From: Candidatus Latescibacterota bacterium
GTDB lineage: Bacteria; Latescibacterota; UBA2968; GCA-2709665
Length of the DNA stretch: 64,000 nucleotides
Direction: 5' to 3'
Assembly (NCBI GenBank): GCA_965219995.1
Contig: CBDCOX010000002.1
Location: forward strand, 2,976,001 to 3,040,000
A program made the translations under genes and the position numbers. The notes under the pieces are model-generated. The model ran no database searches. It saw nothing but the letters and a program-made list of their open reading frames with translations, and was not told the DNA's origin. Position 1 is the first letter of the stretch. Every line of letters begins with the position of its first letter. Shown one piece after another: positions 58,988 through 64,000 of the stretch.

Positions 58988-60535
58988 TCAGGCCTCCTCT
59001 TCGCGGCGTGCGGTGTCGGGGAACAGGAGGGAACCGAGAACCATCAGGACCAGCGCCAGCACGGTCGCGCCGAGGCCGATGTGCGCGCCGGTGAACGCGT
59101 CCAGCCCCAGTGCCCTCTTGACGGGCGTCAGGCCGGCGACGGCGGCGGCGCCCGCGACAAGCGCGAGGTATGCGCCGGCGGTGCTGGCGCGTTTCCAGTA
59201 GATCCCCGTGAGGAGCAGGGCGAACGCGCCGGTGAAGTAGATCGCGCCGCTCACCAGCATATAGTCCCAGAGATCCTGCCCAAGCTCGTACCACAGCCCC
59301 CACACGAGCAGAAAAGCGCCGATGACAAAGATGAAGATCCGGGACAGCGTCAGTCGGGCGCGGGTGGAAAGGGTATCGCCGGTGGCGGGGGCGACCACGT
59401 CGTGGGTAAGGACCGACGACCAGCAAAGCAGATAGCTGTCGTGGGTGGACATGAAGGCCGCCAGCAGTCCCGCCCCGATGAGGCCGATAAGACCGGCGGG
59501 GAGGATCTGGCTGAGGAAGACGGGCATGGCCAGAAGGGTGAGGTCCGCATTCCCCGTGGGGCCGCCGCCCGGAGAGAAGAAAACCCCGCGGGTCACCTCG
59601 TCCTGGTAGAGATAGACAAAAGCGCAGATGCCCAGAAACTGGGGCACCATGAACCGTACCAGAAAACCGATGGAGGACCAGGCGTAGAGTTTCTTCACCA
59701 CGGACGCGCTCTCAGCGGCGCAGGCCCTCATCACGGCGGTCTGCCACACGGCGCAGGAGACGATCCCGGCGGTGAAGATCATCCAGACGACGTACGACGG
59801 ACCGAATCCTCCCCCCTCGTGAAGCGGATTGAACCCGGGCTCTCCGTGTATCGCCGCGACGGTATCGACGATTGCCGACCATCCGAGCCTGTCCACGGCG
59901 ATCCCGCAGGTGAGGATAACACCCACGGATAGCACGATAAACTGGACGTAATCGGTGATGACGACCGAAACCATGCCCCCGAGTATGGTATAGCACAGAA
60001 CCAGCAGGAGCATCACGGTCATGATCAGGGCGACGGACGTGGGATTCGTGATCCCGGTCAGGCCGGCGACGAAGATCGCGCCCGCCTTGAGGAACAGGCC
60101 CATGTTGAGGATGCCGGAAAGGGCGAGCAGCAGGCCGCCGAAGATACGGACGCCGCGGCTGAATCGTCTTTCGTAGAACTCGGGAATCGTCATCACGCCC
60201 AGCTCGCGCAGCGGGACCACGATAAATCCGGTGAGGCCGATGATCAGGGTAACGATGCCGGCGATCAGGCCGATGTGAAAGGCCGCAAACCCGCCGGTGA
60301 ATCCCTTCTGGGCGGAATACATGACGGTCACGAGCCCGAGTTCGCTGCCGATCATCGTGGCGACGGCCAGGTACGGTTTCAGCGAACGGCCGGCGACAAT
60401 ATAGTCGCTCATGTTGCGGATGTACCGGTTGGCATACAGGCCGATGGCGACGGTGCCGAGCATGTACAGGGCGACAATCGCCCAATCGACCGTGCCGAAA
60501 TTGGAACTGACGCCGGTCAGGAGATCGGATGACAT
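58988..60535 (-). CDS. Sodium:solute symporter family transporter
   Basis: DY.VAGRSL, TIPEF.ERRF, YT..GGM.SV..TD..QF, AAFMST; 13-14 TM helices. Confidence 0.93.
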   Translation of the reverse strand: MSSDLLTGVSSNFGTVDWAIVALYMLGTVAIGLYANRYIRNMSDYIVAGRSLKPYLAVATMIGSELGLVTVMYSAQKGFTGGFAAFHIGLIAGIVTLIIGLTGFIVVPLRELGVMTIPEFYERRFSRGVRIFGGLLLALSGILNMGLFLKAGAIFVAGLTGITNPTSVALIMTVMLLLVLCYTILGGMVSVVITDYVQFIVLSVGVILTCGIAVDRLGWSAIVDTVAAIHGEPGFNPLHEGGGFGPSYVVWMIFTAGIVSCAVWQTAVMRACAAESASVVKKLYAWSSIGFLVRFMVPQFLGICAFVYLYQDEVTRGVFFSPGGGPTGNADLTLLAMPVFLSQILPAGLIGLIGAGLLAAFMSTHDSYLLCWSSVLTHDVVAPATGDTLSTRARLTLSRIFIFVIGAFLLVWGLWYELGQDLWDYMLVSGAIYFTGAFALLLTGIYWKRASTAGAYLALVAGAAAVAGLTPVKRALGLDAFTGAHIGLGATVLALVLMVLGSLLFPDTARREEEA

Positions 60536-60592
60536 AAGCAATACTCAGGGGTAGCCGGAAGAGTACACCGCCCTGGGGCGCTCTTCTTACAC

Positions 60593-60845
60593 CCAGGGTG
60601 GAGGATTCACGCAAACCCGCGGTTCTGTCGTATAACCGGTTGTATTTCCATAAGTTCAGCGAAGTATTATACGACAGCATTTAAAGAAATACGGGTTCTG
60701 ACTTGTCACGATGAAATTGCGTGGTTAGAAGGGATTCGGAGTCGTCGTCTTAGCGCGGTAGAGTGAGCATTTGTCCTGCCTTTGGTTCTTATCCTGTCTA
60801 TCCTGTCCATCCATGTGAGTTTGGGCCTTTGAATTAGAGAGGCTA
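60593..60845 (-). mobile_element. Family B MITE-like element
   Basis: Reverse complement aligns over ~230 bp with 41019-41246. Confidence 0.78.
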
Positions 60846-61460
60846 AGGCCAGGTGGGGCGTTCCATTGAGAAAGAACCGTCGACGCAAACGTAGTCCAGG
60901 TACCCGAGACGCCCAACGGGTCTCAATGCCACGGTGTCGACGTGGCCATCCTTTATTGCCCAATCGGCTATGTGAATGCCGATCACCTGACCGAAAACGA
61001 CCGTGTTCGGATCGTCCTGAACGTCGGTCGGCAGGTCCACGGTCCGGGTGTGAATACACTCCAGATGGACCGGGCTTTCGGCCACGCGGGGAGGGTTTAC
61101 GAGTTCTGACGGCGCCCGCGTGACGCCCGCGTACTCGAATTCGTCGACGTGTCGGGGCGCGGGCACGGCAGTGGCGTTCATCTGGGTGCGAAGCGCCCAG
61201 GTGGCGAGGTTGACCACGAATTCGCCGGTTTCCCGGGCGTTCCTTATCGAATCCTTCAGCCCGCCATGGGAGTGCGTGGTCGTTGCGGCGAACATGACCT
61301 GTGGGGGCCTGTAGGCCACCGCGTTGAAAAACGAGTACGGGGCCAGGTTGACCGTACCCCGCGCGTCGATGGATGAAATCCATCCGATCGGTCGCGGCAC
61401 GACGATGGCGTTGAAGGGATCACGGGGCAGGCCGTGGTCTTCAGACGTCCTGTAAAACAT
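60843..61460 (-). CDS. Flavin reductase family (DIM6/NTAB) protein
   Basis: VVPRPIGWISS, NLAPYSFFN, KDS..N...TGEFVVN, PPRVAESP.HLEC, GRLGY. Confidence 0.93.
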   Translation of the reverse strand: MFYRTSEDHGLPRDPFNAIVVPRPIGWISSIDARGTVNLAPYSFFNAVAYRPPQVMFAATTTHSHGGLKDSIRNARETGEFVVNLATWALRTQMNATAVPAPRHVDEFEYAGVTRAPSELVNPPRVAESPVHLECIHTRTVDLPTDVQDDPNTVVFGQVIGIHIADWAIKDGHVDTVALRPVGRLGYLDYVCVDGSFSMERPTWP

Positions 61461-61473
61461 GCCCGGGATCTCC

Positions 61474-62475
61474 CTATTTCCATCTGAAAACGACGCCCAA
61501 TGCATCTCCGGGATCGTCGGCGAGCATGGTGTAGACTTCCTGGCACTGTTCCGGATCCGCGACGTGGGTGATCAGGTCTTCCACGGGCAACCTGCCCTCT
61601 CCCATCAGGCGCATCACCAGCGCCCGGTCCCGTTCCTTCGCCCACCGGTAGTAGATGTGATCGGCCTCCGGCGTTTTGGGCTGGTGGGCGCCCAGGATGC
61701 TGACTTCCCTCAGGTGTACGTCGGCCAGAAAATCCATGTCGACGGTACCGCGCGGGGAACCCAGTGCGACCACACGCCCTGCCGTGCACGCAAGCCGGAC
61801 GGCGGTGGGATAGACCGCGGGTTTTCCAGTCGCTTCGATCACGACGTTGGCGCCGTCTTCCACGCAGTGTCCGCCGACCGCGTCCCTGACGTCGTCCACG
61901 TCTCCGGGATTGATGCAGAACCCGGTACCGCGGCGACGGGCAACGTCCAGGCGGAAGCCGTCCAGGTCGACGGCGATGACCGGGAGGGCGCCGGAGAGCC
62001 GCGCGAGGGTCGCGGCGAGCTGACCGACAATTCCCAGGCCGATGACGACCACCACCTCGCCCAGTTCGATGCGCGCCACGCGGATTCCGTGGATGGCGAT
62101 TGCGCCCATGACCATAAAGGCGGCGGCCTGGGACGACACGGCGTCCGGGACTTTCCGATGGAACGACCTGGCGCCCGAGATGACGGAATGGCTCGCGTGG
62201 TTCCCCTGTCCGGCAACGCGGTCGCCGGGGCGGATGCCCTCAACCTCCCTGCCGACTTCCAGGACCGTGCCGACGTTGCAATAGCCGGTGCCGCGGGGGA
62301 AACGGACCGGGTTACCGGGTTCGCCTCCATGCGTCCAGCCGTGGATCTCCGTTCCGACGCTGACGGCGGTGTACTCGTTTTCTATGAGGATACCGTCATC
62401 CGGTACAGGCCCCGTTTCGAAGGATGCGACTTCCATCCGGCGAATGCCGGGAATGAGAAGACGTCTGGCTTTCAT
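61474..62475 (-). CDS. MDR-superfamily dehydrogenase (YcjQ-like, no structural Zn loop)
   Basis: AVSVGTE, GYCNVG, IGLGIVGQ, IEATG. Confidence 0.85.
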   Translation of the reverse strand: MKARRLLIPGIRRMEVASFETGPVPDDGILIENEYTAVSVGTEIHGWTHGGEPGNPVRFPRGTGYCNVGTVLEVGREVEGIRPGDRVAGQGNHASHSVISGARSFHRKVPDAVSSQAAAFMVMGAIAIHGIRVARIELGEVVVVIGLGIVGQLAATLARLSGALPVIAVDLDGFRLDVARRRGTGFCINPGDVDDVRDAVGGHCVEDGANVVIEATGKPAVYPTAVRLACTAGRVVALGSPRGTVDMDFLADVHLREVSILGAHQPKTPEADHIYYRWAKERDRALVMRLMGEGRLPVEDLITHVADPEQCQEVYTMLADDPGDALGVVFRWK

Positions 62476-62561
62476 CTGCAAGTCCTTTCCTGTTGCTCGA
62501 CCGCGGACGCGACGGGAACCCGTGACGGGCGCAGGACCCCGCCGGGCGGCGGGCGCGGTTT

Positions 62562-63599
62562 CTACGCCTGCCCGCGGTCCAGGGTCTCGCGGAAGAGTCG
62601 GAGGAAGTTGCCGCCCCAGACCTTGCGGATTTCGTTTTCCGAGAGGCCGCGGGCGAGCATGGCGCGGGTGAGCCGCACGAGCTTTGAGACGTCTCCGAAA
62701 ACCGGAGTGGCCGAACCCATGCCGTCGTAATCGGAGCCGATGGCAACGTGGTCGATGCCCACCAGGTCCGCCACGTAACAGATATGGTCGACCATTCGAT
62801 CCGCGGAAGGGTTTTCCGGATCGATAAAGCCCGGGAGAAACGCAATGCCCATCACCCCGCCGGCCCCGGCCAGCGCCCTGAGTTGATCGTCGGTCAGGCA
62901 GCGCCAGTGGTTGCAGACGGAGAAGGCCGCGGTGTGGGTCATCGTTGCCGGGAGCGAAGACCGCTCCAGAACCTGGTAGAAAGCCCTGTCGTTAATATGG
63001 GCCAGGTCCGTGATGATGCCCAGCCGGTTGCTCTCCTCAAGTACGGCTCTGCCGAAGTCCGTCAACCCGACGGCGCTTCCGCGTTCCCGATCGCGGTCTT
63101 CAGGCGAGCACGGCCCGAACGGACTTCTGCTGCCCTGCAGGAGGGACGGGTCGTCACCGCCTTCGCCGTGGGTGATTCCGATGCAGCGAACCCCCAGGCG
63201 GTAATAAAGACGCAATGCGTCCATCTCTCCTTCCAGCCAGCGTCCGGCGCCTTCGATCGTGAGCAGGATGCCGATCTTGCCGGTTTCTTTCGCCCGTTCA
63301 ACATCCCGTGACGAGAACACCAGCATCAGGTCGTCGGGATAAAGCTCCACCGACGCAAGGGTTTGCTCCAGGGTAACCCGGACGTTTGCCGTGGGGCCGT
63401 TGCCGATCACGAAGAAGCCTGCGTCGAACCCGCCCTCCTTCATCCGGGGAATGTCCATATGGTAGGCATCGTCCGGTTTTTTCAGGTCCATCGGACGTTC
63501 GCCCCGGTGCACGCGCTCCACGGGCGTGTCGTTGTGGCCGTCGACGATCAGGCACCTGTCGTGGACCGCCTGCGCTTCTTCAAGGGTGATTTCCGGCAT
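62562..63599 (-). CDS. Membrane dipeptidase (peptidase M19) family
   Basis: DGHND, IEG, DLAH, TH, DDQ...LA..GGV, HI, IGSDYDG, WGGNFLR. Confidence 0.92.
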   Translation of the reverse strand: MPEITLEEAQAVHDRCLIVDGHNDTPVERVHRGERPMDLKKPDDAYHMDIPRMKEGGFDAGFFVIGNGPTANVRVTLEQTLASVELYPDDLMLVFSSRDVERAKETGKIGILLTIEGAGRWLEGEMDALRLYYRLGVRCIGITHGEGGDDPSLLQGSRSPFGPCSPEDRDRERGSAVGLTDFGRAVLEESNRLGIITDLAHINDRAFYQVLERSSLPATMTHTAAFSVCNHWRCLTDDQLRALAGAGGVMGIAFLPGFIDPENPSADRMVDHICYVADLVGIDHVAIGSDYDGMGSATPVFGDVSKLVRLTRAMLARGLSENEIRKVWGGNFLRLFRETLDRGQA

Positions 63600-63669
63600 G
63601 ACGATTTTCCTCTGCTGAACGTGAACGGTGAGGTTCCGGCGGGTGGGTCATGCGCCGCTGCAGTACGGA

Positions 63670-64000
63670 CTACGGCGGATCGACGGGCACTTTCTGACGC
63701 TTGCGGACCAGCGGATCGTACGTGAACCCGTCAGAGCGTTTTTCGAACTCCGCGCGCGCCTTCTTCAGGAGATCCGGATTTCCGCAGAGATCGATCGCGC
63801 TTCCGGCAAAAACCTTGGCGGTCTGCCGGACCGCGCGCTCGGCGAAAGGCAGGGCGGCCTGCGCGGCCATGTCCCGGTGGTGTCCGGGCGTACCCTTTGC
63901 GTAACAGACCATCTCGAAGCGACCCAGGGGCGCCAGCCATGAAACATTGTCTTCGTCGGTCGACCCCCTGCCCTGAGAGCCGCTGCCCTTGCCGATCTTC
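63670..64000 (-). CDS. M20 amidohydrolase, AbgB-like, C-terminal part (truncated by window edge)
   Basis: GSTDEDNVSW..P, GTPGH, AKV.A..AIDL...PDLL.KARAEF. Confidence 0.75.
   Translation of the reverse strand, partial: KIGKGSGSQGRGSTDEDNVSWLAPLGRFEMVCYAKGTPGHHRDMAAQAALPFAERAVRQTAKVFAGSAIDLCGNPDLLKKARAEFEKRSDGFTYDPLVRKRQKVPVDPP

Overview
High-GC (roughly 60-65% by eye) chromosomal window from a diderm bacterium. The gene mix (TonB/ExbBD with TPR proteins, PhyH, ceramidase-like, LamG/propeller and SSS transporter genes) suggests an uncultured FCB/PVC-type lineage such as Latescibacterota, but this is inference. Contents: (1) an aromatic-biosynthesis supercluster (tyrS end, DRE-TIM aldolase, trpBA, chorismate mutase, DAHP synthase, tyrA, aroA-like, aroE, menG/ubiE, argS, aroK, aroB); (2) housekeeping genes (mnmA, comM, fabV, guaB, tRNA-Thr, cysS, ddl, ispDF, queA); (3) a TPR-exbB-exbD-exbD-tonB-TPR locus; (4) catabolic mini-clusters. 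No integrase, transposase, prophage or CRISPR array was found. Main surprises: a full-length EPSP synthase homologue lacking almost all substrate-binding residues in the canonical aroA position; a dinG / RelA-SpoT-like / lipoprotein / RNase II-like cluster in which each enzyme carries a degenerate catalytic domain; a PhyH protein with a halogenase-like HxG motif; and several families of modular intergenic elements built from 7-nt and 9-nt periodic arms, some carrying exchangeable cores or abutting host stop codons. All motif comparisons and alignments were done by eye.
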